The notes beneath the pieces were generated by a model. It made no database searches. It had not been told where the DNA came from and was given only the letters and a program-made list of their open reading frames with translations. DNA of 64,000 nucleotides from Balanoglossus misakiensis (Eukaryota > Animalia > Hemichordata): assembly GCA_040954595.2 (NCBI GenBank), contig CM082578.2, positions 13,048,204-13,112,203 of the forward strand, in the 5' to 3' direction. A program made the position numbers and the translations under genes. Positions 40,181-53,510 of the stretch are shown piece by piece (position 1 is the first letter of the stretch; each line of letters starts with the position of its first letter).

Positions 40181-41637
40181 CCACCTGGACCACCTCCACT
40201 TGGAAATTTCCGTCTAGCCTTCCGTACATTTTCATTAGAGAGTCAGACGGCCACGTTGCTGCACGGACCACGAGAAGATGCGGGGAACTCTGCCCCCAAA
40301 ACAGAGTTTCTCCGCTGGATAGTTTTCACGACGACAGCGGTAAGTAAAGTAACAGAAGTAGACACATTTACTCAACTTTTGAACTGAAGCATGGGTTATT
40401 CTGTAGCGAGTTACGGACAACTAAAAGCCAGACGTTTGCACAACAAAATTGAAAAATTGGATGCGTCACAGTCGGACAGCTCGAGTCAGCGCTGCCCTGC
40501 TTTTTAATTCACAAATTCCCGCACCCTTTCGCGTTACTAATGATATACGGTCTATCAAATTAAGACAAGTCGGTGTTTTAGCTCTACTGGTGGGCGGCAT
40601 TTTTCCCATAAAAAACAGGGTAGTTTTTCGGAAAAGGGGAGGGGGGCTACGATGAATTGGTAGCGGGTTCGATGAATTGACAGCTACAGCGGGTACACGT
40701 GCAGTCAGCGTGTTTTCGGGTGTAAATGAATGCAAATTTTGTATTATACTACCAGACAATGGCAAAAGTACTGAGTAGGCTTTGAAACGCTTCATTGGAA
40801 ACAGTTATTTTTGTGTGTCCGTGCAGTCTTTGCCAAAAATATTTTTGTCGGATTTTAGATGTTCCGCTTGGCTGTAGGCCTAAACTTGAAAATATGTAAA
40901 TGTTTATAGTGCCATGCGGGGGTTTTAGACTACATGTACTTGTCTGACAACGAAGCCCTACAACACATATTGTCGTCGTGTACAATATGCGAATGAACGA
41001 CAGTTTAGCGTACGGTAATCACGGTTGATATTTGGTTTTGTGTACATGGAAAGGCATTCATTTTTTTCTCATTTTGCAGATCGGAGGCCCCGGTGAACTG
41101 ATGGTGTACGTTCAACGTGGATGCTATGATGTTACAAGCATGATGTCAGAGTAAGCGGTATCAGCCAAGTTTTTTTGGCAATTTTTAAGAACTTTCAACG
41201 ATTCTGACTGGTGCCGGTAGCCAGTTCAGCGAACCGATTTTGCAAAAATCTGAAGAATGCAATAATACGGATGCCATATGTGGATGTCATTACAGGTTTA
41301 AAACCAACATGACTACATGCTCGGTGCATGGGTCATTTTTGTTACGGCACCAACAAGTTCATCGGCTTTGAATGCTTCGAAAGGTGCTCGTTGTTGTGAG
41401 TGTGTGTGTGCGCACGTGTGTGTCACGGTAAGTTGTACGGTATATTTGGGCCATGCATCTAGACTACAATGAGGTGAGCGTTTGTATGTTCCATGGCTGA
41501 ATGAAGACCAGCGGATTATCTGAGGTTCCAGAACAAGTGAGTGATATAGACATAAATAAAATCCCCGGTGCGGGTGGGTCCCATCCCTTAGACCGTTGGT
41601 TTAATATAATTAATACGCGTTTTTTTTCAGACTTGTA

Positions 41638-42432
41638 ATCTTTCGTCATTTTTCAATAAAAATTTAAAAAAAATGCACGTTGTACTGATAAACTGAGTGG
41701 TTTATTTCCGTACCGATCATCTTCGAGCGTGCGTAGTAGTTAATATAGGTTTTGTCAGATATGTGATCTTTCGTCATTTTTCAATAAAAAATAAAAAAAC
41801 ATACACGTTGTACTGATAAACTGAGTGGTTTATTTCCGTACCGATCATCTTCGAGCGTGCGTATTAGTTAATATAGGTTTTGTCAGATATGTGACCTTTC
41901 GTCATTTTTCAATAAAAAATAAAAAAAACATACACGTTGTACTGATAAACTGAGTGGTTTATTTCCGTACCGATCATCTTCGAGCGTGCGTATTTACTAG
42001 TAGTTAATATAGGTTTTGTCAGATATGTGATCTTTCGTCATTTTTCAATAAAAAATAAAAAAACATACACGTTGTACTGATAAACTGAGTGGTTTATTTC
42101 CGTACCGATCATCTTCGAGCGTGCGTATTAGTTAATATAGGTTTTGTCAGATATGTGATCTTTCGTCATTTTTCAATAAAAAATAAAAACATACACGTTG
42201 TACTGATAAACTGAGTGGTTTATTTCCGTACCGATCATCTTCGAGCGTGCCTATTTACTAGTAGTTAATATAGGTTTTGTCAGATTTGTTATCTTTCGTC
42301 ATTTTTCAATAAAAAATAAAAACATACACGTTGTACTGATAAACTGAGTGGTTTATTTCCGTACCGATCATCTTCGAGCGTGCGTATTTACTAGTAGTTA
42401 ATATAGGTTCTGTCAGATTTGTAATCTTTCGT
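41638..42432. repeat. Minisatellite, 6 copies of a 128-136 bp unit
   Basis: Units start at 41638, 41766, 41894, 42030, 42158 and 42291, with a partial copy at 42424. Nearly identical, with long and short variants (tatttactagtagtt vs tattagtt). Confidence 0.95.
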
Positions 42433-42444
42433 GTTCATGAATAT

Positions 42445-43040
42445 TAACTTTCATTTGCTTGTTTTGCAGATGCAGAGACCAGAGTTTTTTTCGCCATGCA
42501 GCGGTATAGCTGGGTGAGGTAAGGGCAGGTATGTTCCATGACTGAACGATCATGATTATTACATACATTCACTTCGTTTCCTTGTTTTGCAGATCCAGCA
42601 GGCTCGCTCCAGAGACGAGATCAACTGATAATGGTATTCATCAATCAATTTGGGGCCTAGTTATTTTCGCCATGCAGCAGTATAGCTGGGTGCGGTAAGG
42701 GCAGGTATGTTCCATGACTGAACGATCATGATTATTACATACATTCACTTCATTTCCTTGTTTTGCAGATCCAGAGACGAGATCAACTGATAATGGTATT
42801 CATCAACCAATTTGGGGCCTAGTTATTTTCGCCATGCAGCAGTATAGCTGGGTGCGGTAAGGGCAGGTATGTTCCATGACTGAACGATCATGATTATTAC
42901 ATACATTCACTTCATTTCCTTGTTTTGCAGATCCAGAGACGAGATCAACTGATAATGGTATTCATCAACCAAGCTGGGGCCAAAGTGACTAGTTATTTTC
43001 GCCATGCAGCAGTATAGCTGGTTGCGGTAAGGGCAGTATA
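42445..43040 (+). repeat. Tandem repeat of a ~162-176 bp exon+intron unit (about 3.5 copies)
   Basis: Near-identical 74-nt GT-AG segments at 42519-42592, 42695-42768 and 42857-42930, with a fourth donor at 43027. Confidence 0.92.
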
Positions 43041-46000
43041 TTCAATGGCTGAACGAAAACCAGAGGTTTCAAGCAAGGTTTGACAGGCGATATAGACATC
43101 AAAGCCCACTCTTTTCATGGTGGCCACTTTGAAGTTTATTTTGCGATTCAGATTGGTGCCGTTACCCAGTCAAGCGAACTGATTTTGCACAAACCTGCAT
43201 GTAACAATATGGACCCGGTACTACATGTGGATGTCAATCCAATATTTTAAAGCGGACCCGACTGCTAGATGCAAGGGGTGGCCATTTTGTTATGGCACAA
43301 GCATGTTCGCCATCTTTGTACGAGACATTCAATTTACATACTTTTCATTTATTCCAGGGATCCAATAGATGATGCTAAGATGATTCCCAGCCTGTGTGAT
43401 TGGTGTCCAGAGATTACTGAATGGTTGTGGGAAGGTAAGAATTGTGGGAAAGGAAATTGTAGCAATGACGGAGACAATACATGGTAGGGGTGTGTGAGTG
43501 AGGTGTGTTTGTTAACAATGTCCAGGAGTTGTAAGTTTAACTAAGTACAATTATAAATTTATATGAGCAGATGTCTATCGTTGTTGCAGTAGAAATTACT
43601 AGTAATCAGGATGCCAGATAGTGAAATTCTAGGCAGTCATACAGATTTGCATGATGTACAACCATCTGCGAATGAACAACAATTGGCGTATATTGGTGAC
43701 CATGCTTTGTTTCATGTCCATGGATATTATGGACATTCATTTCTACATTTCTTGTTTTGTAGATGCAAAGACTGGATGGGTATCTGGTAACCAAGCTGGG
43801 GACGAAGTGTCCATTCTCCGCGACGCAGCTGTAACTGTTACTGGCAGTCTGCAGTGACCACCTAACATCTCATGACAATAGTATTTCCATTGATGTTTAC
43901 CAAGCTGATACAATGCAATGCTATTGGTTTTTTGCTCTTTTTTTCATATTGTAAGTATACAGATAATACTGTATACGTGTTTCCTCTTGTTTATGTTTTC
44001 AAAACTTTGAAATTAAAATTGTCAACGAACTAGACTAAAATGAAACACTTGTGTCTGTATCGTTGTATGACCCCAACACTGCCTTGATGGTGAGACAATT
44101 GAAACGGGAAGGTCAAAGGTCAGCCCGTTAATCTCTAGCAAACTCTGTTGTCCCGTTGAAACTCGAAAACCGTCAGGTTTGCAACCATTAGAAATACTGA
44201 CATATGCAAAGAAGGTGAAAAGTACTCACAATTTTGGCAAACTAATTCTGTTCCTGTAATTGGCCATAGCGACCGTGATCTTGTCTTTGCTTCCTACTGA
44301 CGCCCAGGAAATTCAAAAGTAGGCGAAAGGATCGCCTGTAAACATGGAAACCAATTCTGGAAGTTTGACCTGTTTCTAAATTTGCTCAGGCTAAAATGTT
44401 CAACAGTATGTCAATAGTTGCCACAAATCCAAAGTCAGTACCCTTACTGAGCTTTTCCAAGTAAACGTACAGTATCCATGTACATGTACACTACAGAAGC
44501 CGAGACGGGACTAAAATAACTGCGTTGAATGTGTAATTGAGGTAGCTGTTTGCACGCTACGCACTAAAATGATCTAAGTACCTGCAAAGTTTAATCCAAT
44601 TTAGTTGATACTTGTAAGATATACTTTGGTCGCCAAAACTAAATATGTAAATTGATTACTAAATTTGGCGTAAATCGCTGAGGGCGTCATAATACTGTAT
44701 TCATCACTACTGCAGCAGCACTGCGGCAAGTTCAGTATTTTCTGAAAGGGGTTCTCCGACAACATTTATAAAATTGATCCAACTGTGCCACAATATCATG
44801 CGATCTATTCCGAACTACTCATCAGTGGCTCTGCTATCGATAGCTGATGGAAACATCCAGCAATAACGGTAATAACAAGAATTTAAAGAACCTCGTTATC
44901 CAAATCGCCGATGTTCCCCTCGATAAAAATAAACGTGGCGGGTTTTATGGCCGGCTGAGTAATACATCACACAGGAATCGTATCGTGCTGTGCTGTAAGG
45001 CGTATTTTGAAGACCCGGGACCTCAAATCATCCGTAATGTGCTTCCACTGATTCCTTTGGCATGATTCTGCTTCTCATACATTCTTTTAAGCTACTGGGA
45101 TGACTGGCGCCTGTAGCTGTCGGAGATTGTTTTTCCAGCAACCATACATCACGCGACCTCTTTGAAACGAACACCAAACAGCTAACGAAGAAGGTCACAG
45201 AAGTCGTGCGGGTTTTGAGTTTTTATTAGTGCGAACGTTTCTTGGCGATACGACCTTTGAGAAAAACTCCGACCTTTGTGGAGAAACTCGCTGGGTGGAG
45301 ATTTCGCTCCCCCCCCCCCCCAACACAGTTCCGGTTTCCGTGCTTACAAGTCGATTGCCATATCTCTGGATGACATATAACGCCTTCAGTTTCCAACCGA
45401 ACGATCTCTGATCGAACTTATCGTTGCTGGTGCGAAAAGCAGAACTAGTAAAACTTAGGCAGTTAAACCACCCACGTGTCTGTCTTCAATATCCGGTTAT
45501 ACATGTAATCTTACGTGAGTTTGAATAACTGGAATGAGTGTCTCGCGTACACCGCTGTGGACGTCAAATTGTTCCATTTGAGACTTTGTTTTTGCGTGTT
45601 CGTAGTAACTTCAGCGCTGAGTGTTATTTTTCCCTGCAGAGCTGGTAAATTTTACGCAACCCAAACACATTACTAGCCGCCCATATGTATGATTTCTCAC
45701 GCTTGCTGTTTGCTCTTTTACTCATGAATTATAAACAGAATGAGTGTCGCACGTTCACCACGTAATGTGTGCGATTTGTGACTAAGTCTTAGATATTTAT
45801 GGTGAATTTCAATCCCGTGTTTATTGTCCTTGTATGGCTAGCACAGTGTAGGCACTCCAGTGATGTATATTATCCACCATGTGTCTATCTGCTCTATGTT
45901 TTGCATGCATGGCTGGAATAAGTGTCGGACGTTGACCTCATAATATATGGAATTTGTGACTTCAGGGCAATTACACTATGTCAATTTTAATGCTCGTAAT

Positions 46001-46529
46001 CTATTTTCTCGGAGCAAAGAACTATTAAAACAAACCGGAAATCTTATTAATTATTTCTCAAAATTCACACAGTCCAATGTGTATGACATGTAAGCCGTAC
46101 TTTCATTGATTGATGTTAACCATTAAAGTTTCCACAGTTTACCGTCACAGAGGACGTTTCAATCTGGACCAATGTCATTTCAAAAAGTTTTGACAGGTTT
46201 AAGCATTAAATGGGGCAAGTTGCCTCGGAACGCCAATCTGTGTCTCGACCGTCTTTATACAGAAAGCGAGCATTGCATGGCAATTGTAAGTGTATTCATC
46301 TTCCATCTCAGTTCAAGAGACCTGAGATGAACTCCTAGTTTTGAATGTACCGTCTGAGTTATTTAAAGTAACATGGATTAAATTATCCCTCAAAGTTCCT
46401 GGCGACCCCATAAAATTCCCATGTTGATAACACATGACATATAGGAGTACTGACCACTTATCATTATTCACACAATTAGACCGACGACTTTTACAGGTGA
46501 CTGCATCTCACCAAACGTTTGTTTCAACA

Positions 46530-47027
46530 TAAGGCACCGTGTTAATATATCATTTTGTCAACTTTGCCCTTATACGTACTACGATAAATGGACACTCATG
46601 AAGTTTTAATTACTGACAAATGTTTACCGACTGCGATAAGTAATAAAAAATGTAAAGCGCTTAATTGGCATTTTGAACTAGTATTTCTCAAGAGTAATGA
46701 CTCAATGTACAATGTGTGCCACAAAGTCAATACTGAAGCGAATTCGATCCAGGAAAGCTCTAGTTTCATTGATATTGATTAACGTTTTAACTGAGCTATG
46801 AAAAATGTCCAAAGACAACAAAAACACCAAAACTCGCAAAGTCGGAAATTTGTCATTTTTTGACAATTTTCATGAGCTATAACGAAACTGTGGCGGTGTC
46901 ATGAAGCATTAATGTGTGTTTTACTAGGGAATCAGCTATTTGTGTGAACTTTCAACAGAGAACCCAACATCCTAGCCCGGCTATATGTCTTTGATCTAAG
47001 AAAATGAGACTGCAGAACGAGTCCTTA
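46530..47027 (-). mobile_element. Degraded ~500-bp Kolobok-like non-autonomous element carrying one satellite-homologous segment
   Basis: Imperfect inverted ends taaggcaccgtgtt (46530) and agaacgagtcctta (47027). Internal 46834-46883 matches the reverse complement of the 88-bp satellite at 44-45 of 50 positions. Confidence 0.45.
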
Positions 47028-50000
47028 GATTGTGTTTAGAGACACTGCAGTCGAGCTAACTACCCGTGCGAGCGGACGATGAGAAACCCATTGGAACTGA
47101 TAGTCTTTGGCGGCCGTCGGAAATCATCCACAGTCAGTGGCCTCCATAAAATGGTGTTTGCCTTTAACTAATTACACTATTCCACGTGGAATTGCTATCA
47201 TAACGCGGCTCAATGATTATGAGAGACTGGGGCGTGATCATGTTATGTGCAGATGCTTTGGGGGCACAGCGAGCGCCGCGTCAATTTGTACCTGTTTCAA
47301 GCTGCAGTATTGAAGCGAAATTCGACAATTTGTTCGTGATTGATTGTTCCCTAACGGGCAAGCCAATAAATGCGGACAGGGTAGGCCATCTGCACACTTC
47401 CTCAGACCGTCCGTTGTGTATACATTGTGAATAACCCTGAGGTCACCTTTGGCTTCTCGCGTTTTCAACATGGATAACGTACGGAGCAATTGTTGCCCAC
47501 CTTACCAACATTTCCTACTGTGTTCATACCTCGCACACACCTGGACCGACGTCTTTGACAGTAGAGCCGAGGAGAGTGTACTACAGTGGTTTTACATAGA
47601 GAAACCTTGAGACCCTAAATTGAGTCATAAGCAATGAGAATGTACACGTATATGCACCCATTTCTAGAAACGCAAGGGTATACAGTCATATTAACCCAAA
47701 GTAATTTATTTCGATAGCCTTAATATTAATTTCTTAGCAACCCCCAAGACATTGCCTTAACCAACATAACTTAACCCAGGACAATTATTTTTAATCAAGG
47801 GGCATGACTAGAACATTAGGATATTTATCCCCTTCGGGACCGGGAGTGGGCAAACGCGAGGTAATTTTATATTGAACAAACAATGTTGAAATTGGGTCCA
47901 TATTCTTCACCCTAGAGTACAAAAGTACAGAAAAACAAGACCGGGATATTGCTAAACTTCTGAAGTTATTTTCCGCCCTCGGATATTCGTTATTCTCTCC
48001 GATGGACACAATCGAATGCGAAATCTTATGGCAGCAGTCAAGCTGCCTCTAGAGCACTATTTTATTGAATGGCAAGCGTGAAAAGCTTCACATGCAATTG
48101 AACGACACAGCTCGTAAATGACAAAGCTTAGCAGTAGAGGGTACAGTTCTCGCGCGTTTTATGCTCCTTTGGAAACTTCCGGCGAGCAGAAAGATAAAGC
48201 CCGTGGGTGTTTTCTTAGGGGACAACTGTAATTGTATATCAATTGCACCACCCCTCTATGTTTCATAGGTATATTAATTGAATCATTCCCCCCTGTGTTT
48301 TTCAGAGAGGGCAATTTCAACTCTAATCTTGATTTACCTATATGATACAAGCAGGAACTTAATAGTAACTGCGTCTTATGTGTGCTCCTTTTCAAACTAC
48401 GGTCATTAATCCAATATACCCTAGAGCCGCATTCCAGCTTTTTGTGGAGCGCATTCAGTTATTGTTGCTAGGGTGGGTTAGCAGTTTATTGTTTTTCGGT
48501 CTGCGATATAAAGTGACACCCTCGTCAAATACACAATTTTATAACCTTTTTAAGACCCTGATTTTCGAGGTGCATTCTACCTTAAAACCTAGTGATGTGG
48601 TAGTTCAGCGACTGCAGGCAGACCTCAACGAACGCGGGACGAAAGCCAAATTCCGCTGACAGATTAATGATCCGCGTGAGAATTACATGTACCTTAGCTG
48701 GACACAGCTTGACAAATGATGATGAAAATCGATCCAAACTACTTGTCTTGTTTAATTGGTGCATCCTTGGTGTCATTACTTAACTCCTACAGTACAGATT
48801 GGAAACGATCAAGATATTCTGAAGCCACTTGTGCAGAACACAAATAATCTGAAACCGAGTAACTTATTAGGCATTCTGGTACCAAGAAAGTGTTCAACAA
48901 AGGTATGGGAAACGTACAGACGTGAGTCGGAAGTAGAATCATTATGGCGAGTCGAACAGGAGACCGCGGCAAACTAGCATGGCCAACATCACTACAACAA
49001 CAACGCCATCGTCAAAGAGTGAAGATTCAGCATCTCGGTTATAGACGTTGTAATTTAAATCACGTCCACCATACACGACACAAAAAAAACACAAACCAAA
49101 CACCGTGCTTCATCAAGAAGTTTAAATTTAGCTACAGGCGCACCTTTTACTGAGAGCCGTGGCATCAAATGTTCCAAGGGAAAGTCCAGCGATAATGTAT
49201 GCAACGAAACCTGTCTAATGCAAACCGAGAACACGCATTACAAGGGAAATATCTTTCCGGGTGTGCATGAACACATTAAAGGTGGTGGAAAACATTAATG
49301 TAACGGCTTCATTGCAGTGTATCTGGTGAGACGGGGCCATTGAAGCCATACAAGAGCACACACGAATACTTTGGGTTTATGATAGTGTTTTAGTGTCCAA
49401 TGACAGATACATGTACCGGAGAGAAGAGGGTTGCCCTCGTTATGGACTCTCCAGCGACTGGCGCTGATTCATAAGTTAAAGCAAATGAACCAATGCGGCA
49501 TGCAGTCCTTGCCATACGGAAATGGAGAAACTTGCATGTGAGGAAATATAGCAGTTAATTCATGTCGTCGTGACTAACTTTCACTCATAAACGAGAGAAG
49601 AATGGCTTCCCAGGTATCCCCACTGAGAATTATAATAGCCGTGGAATTCACCTGCACGCATGCTTGATGTGTTGTCATGGTGATAATTCACGTGGATTTG
49701 CAGTTGGCCCATATTCCCTCTCGCCTCGTGGCCACGCATTTATTTCATAATGTTAACTTAACGGCCGCAATGACACCCAACGGACTTGTGAATCACGACT
49801 GTGTAGAGCTTGAACTAGCCACTTGGTCCCGGTGAAGAACTACAACTAAATATAAGGCTGGGGATAATTATCACAGCGATAGAACAGAACGCGTGGGATC
49901 AGAAATTGACTTTGATAGATTTGCATGCTTTATTGTTGCTTTGTACGAAAAAAAAGGCGATTGCAGTTTTGAAATCATAAACCTTCCCCAACATGTCCAG

Positions 50001-53000
50001 AAAATATTCCATCATGTCCGGGTATACATTCCATGCTTCCGATACTTGTTTATCGGACTGGCTCACCTTTACTGATATCATTCGCGGTCACATTTCCATC
50101 ATGTAATATTTCCAGTAAACGAGAGCCAGACATATCCCCGCGAGAACTCGAAATTTAATCACACTTTCATTTGTCCGATATCGTTTATAAATGCTAATTC
50201 TAGAGTTCACAAGACGATCACGACATGCAGCCTCAGGCCAATTAAAATTCATCTATGTACATTTAACCATACTCTTACTAGATCTAGTTTCTCATGATTT
50301 ATGGACTGGAAGGTTAATCTACGTATAAGCTATATGCCTCAAGCAATAATTAGAAACAATAATGCACTATGTAACGAACTATTTGTGATGCACCGTTTCA
50401 AAGCAAACGGGTAAAATATCCGGCGAGCATCGGCATGCAAATTTAATAGCCAAGCAAACGGCTCTTTTTCAAATTAATCTGCTGTCAAATGACACATACT
50501 TTATGATCGCTCAATTCTGTTTCCTGTAGACATATGTCGTACGGAATGATCTAAAACGAAAACGTGTAATGAAAATGTATGAAAACTTATAGACGCTCAT
50601 CGGCAGGTAATGACCTTTGTGTACGCATATGCTAATTCAACCTAATCTAAAATGATGGGGTGTCAATATGTTGTCACGCGATAAACGAGTTAGATGAGTT
50701 CAATGTTATGCACGTATATGTAACGGTACACCAGAAACGACACCTTTTTGCGCTTGAATAAAAAACTATCTTGTGATTAAGAGCAAACATGATATATTGG
50801 TACGCCCAACTTCCTTGTATAACCTACAGCAGAGTGTGACGCATATATGCCACGCGACTCCATTCTCTGCTGGGCGAGAGGAGATGGTAAACTCATTTTA
50901 TCTCGCCTTACAATTAGAAGTGACTGTAGCCTCCTTCAAGCTTATATCGTGTAAATATATTTACAACCTTGCACTCACAGTACGTGGAATATCAATTACC
51001 TTGTGGGCAATAGTAACATGTGATTCCGTTCCGCAGTGCAGTATATTAGTTCCCACGACGGCGTCTCAATCAAAGATCTGTCTCTAAATCTGTGTTGGGG
51101 ATATTTGGAGTTGTGTTGAGAGCAATTGCAATGGAAAGTATGAGAAATGTGACCTCAAGTAGCCCCATCTCTTGAATGGCAAACGACTTTCCCTCTTGCG
51201 GCATGACTCAATTTTCGAACTGTCTGTAAAAAGAATGACACCAACGTATATTCGTAATTACATCACACGCTTCGCGGTATTATTGTCAATAGGTAACTTC
51301 TAAATAAACGAATAGCGATTGATCGTTTTGTTTATTTCTTAATTACAGTCGTATGCTAATTTGCACAGCAAAGAATTACAGTGTCACGTAAAACGGAAGT
51401 TCATGGTCAGTAACGTCTTTCTTAAAGTCATCTTTCCAATACTAGTGTCAACATGAGACTAACTAACTTGTCTGAAAGCGCGAGATTTGATGAAAATCAC
51501 GAGGAAAGTCACGTTGCCCCCTTAAGCTTAAAACAAGCCTCTAATGATAGACCTCAGACTGACCCTCTCAATTATACAAACGCCGAGGGGCGGAAAGAAA
51601 AATTGATTTTGTCGTGGGCTGACTGACATAAGAGAATACGGTCGCAAAGCGATTACAATCACGCTGTTGACGCGGTGTGCAATGGCGGGAATCAGATATT
51701 ACCTCGCGCACTGATTTGCACTCACGGCAGTTTCGGTCACGACTGTCTGCTCACCGAACCGCTCACTGAATACAGAAAGCAATTGTACTTAACAAACAAC
51801 CGGGGAACGTGTCCTAAACGCAGGTGGAAAACTCTCTGGGCTTCTGCTTTCACTGTCAAATGTTTGGTTCATATGTAAAGCTTCGTCGACCATAAATTAT
51901 TTTGGTAATGGGAGGCAGTGGACCGAAAAAGGAGCAAGCGTAATTCAGATAATGGCGAAATTTCCGTTTCTTGTCGGCTGTGATTGAAGTGATGTATTGC
52001 TTCAGGGATATCTATTCGATGTCGGTGATAGATTGTGAAGTTGTACAAGCATTGTAGCTTTTTTGTTTTGTTGTTCGGAACGTCTGGACAATATCGATCA
52101 CTGCTGCCGTCCATAGCAAGTTTCCGTTCATACGTGATACACACTAGTCTAGGAAGTTGTGCCAGATAAATATTCCGTGCCCACCGTGTGCTGTATATAG
52201 AAAAGCAGAACGAATGCGCAAACGTAGGATTGGTGGACAATTTATTGATTGATCGCTGCGAATAGAAAAGTAACAAAATCGTCCTAAAAGTAGTTGTTGA
52301 TGTTTCAGAAGGCCCATTGACCCGTTGCACTCATAAGCTCATTCGGTACGAAATCCACGGCACAGCTGACTTAATTTTTAAGTCTCTGAAATCCCTGAGA
52401 GATAAGGTCGTGGACATCACAATCGAGGGTGAAGCAGAGAGGTGTGTGTCAGATAGATGAGAGCTGCGACAGACCAGCTGTTTGCCCTCTTGTGAACCAT
52501 TGCGTGAAGGTGTGCATTAAACATTTATTTGTGTTAAAATATCGGACACGTATTCACCTAGTGTTGTGATTTACTCCTAGCTGTGCCGTCTACCCTGGTT
52601 CTTTTCTTTGCTGCCGCTCTTGATAATTACAGCTAGCGAGTCAGAAGAGATACCACGCCGTTCAGATTACAGTAGAGAAAGCTTGGGTGTTGAAACGGCG
52701 GCAGCACTTTGTCGGCTCGCTGGGGTAATCTGAAAATACAATCACTCAGACAACAAGTTACAATACACCTATTTACTCAAAACACTATCAATCTTCGCCC
52801 TGTAACAAACTAAATGCGCCGATACAATATGATAAGCGCGCCTTGAACTGGTACATTCTATCAAGTGAACACTTTTACTTTATCAGACAGTGTAGTGACC
52901 GCACTGCCCTTTTTAATTTTCGTTTCTTTTTCTAAAGCAAGGTCCTTTTTCTACAGTCCACTTTATGCAAGCTCGTTTGAATTGGTGTGTTTATCGTGAC

Positions 53001-53510
53001 TTGTACCCAGCTTGCAATTAAGCTAAATCCACCGTGAGTGCTTCCCTCTCGGGGCGTAACAAGCGCTCAAAGTAAGTCCCGTCACAAAGCTGTGTATACG
53101 TGTCAACCGTACTCTCTGGCATTTAATGAACTTGTCTGTGACACTTCATTCGAAAATTGTGAAAAGGCGGTTTCCTTTCGCGTGGTGTAGTTCTATATTT
53201 TGAAATATAATGACGTCACGCGATATTCAACTGTCGTCATCGGTTTTTAGATTACTTTTTGTAAACTTGTACAGTTTCTGAAGCCGACCAAATGAAATCG
53301 GAGCGCGGTGCTCCATTGAATGAATGTGGCTAGGGCGCCCTCTACAAAACGCATGATGGCGGTAAAAATGTGACTGTAGTTCAATCTAGAAACAATTCTT
53401 TAGAATGCCAAGACCAGACCATTGTCAATATCTGCTCTTCGTGTTATTTTGTTTTTCTCATAAGGGACTGCGTCGGCGCTGAGTAACTTTTTTTCTGTTT
53501 TTTTCTGCAG

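Larger units (their letters stand above)
40210..44040 (+). ncRNA. Putative multi-exon lncRNA or decayed gene; exons end 40339, then 41080-41150, 42470-42518, 42593-42694, 42769-42856, 42931-43026, 43358-43434, 43763-~44040
   Basis: Chain of strong co-oriented polypyrimidine-AG acceptors and GTAAG donors, with ATTAAA at 44012. I found no continuous spliced ORF. Confidence 0.45.

Noticed and set aside
41638-43040. CRISPR-like or snoRNA-host interpretation of the two minisatellites
   Set aside because: Units are contiguous with no spacers. I found no properly arranged C/D or H/ACA boxes in the 74-nt introns.
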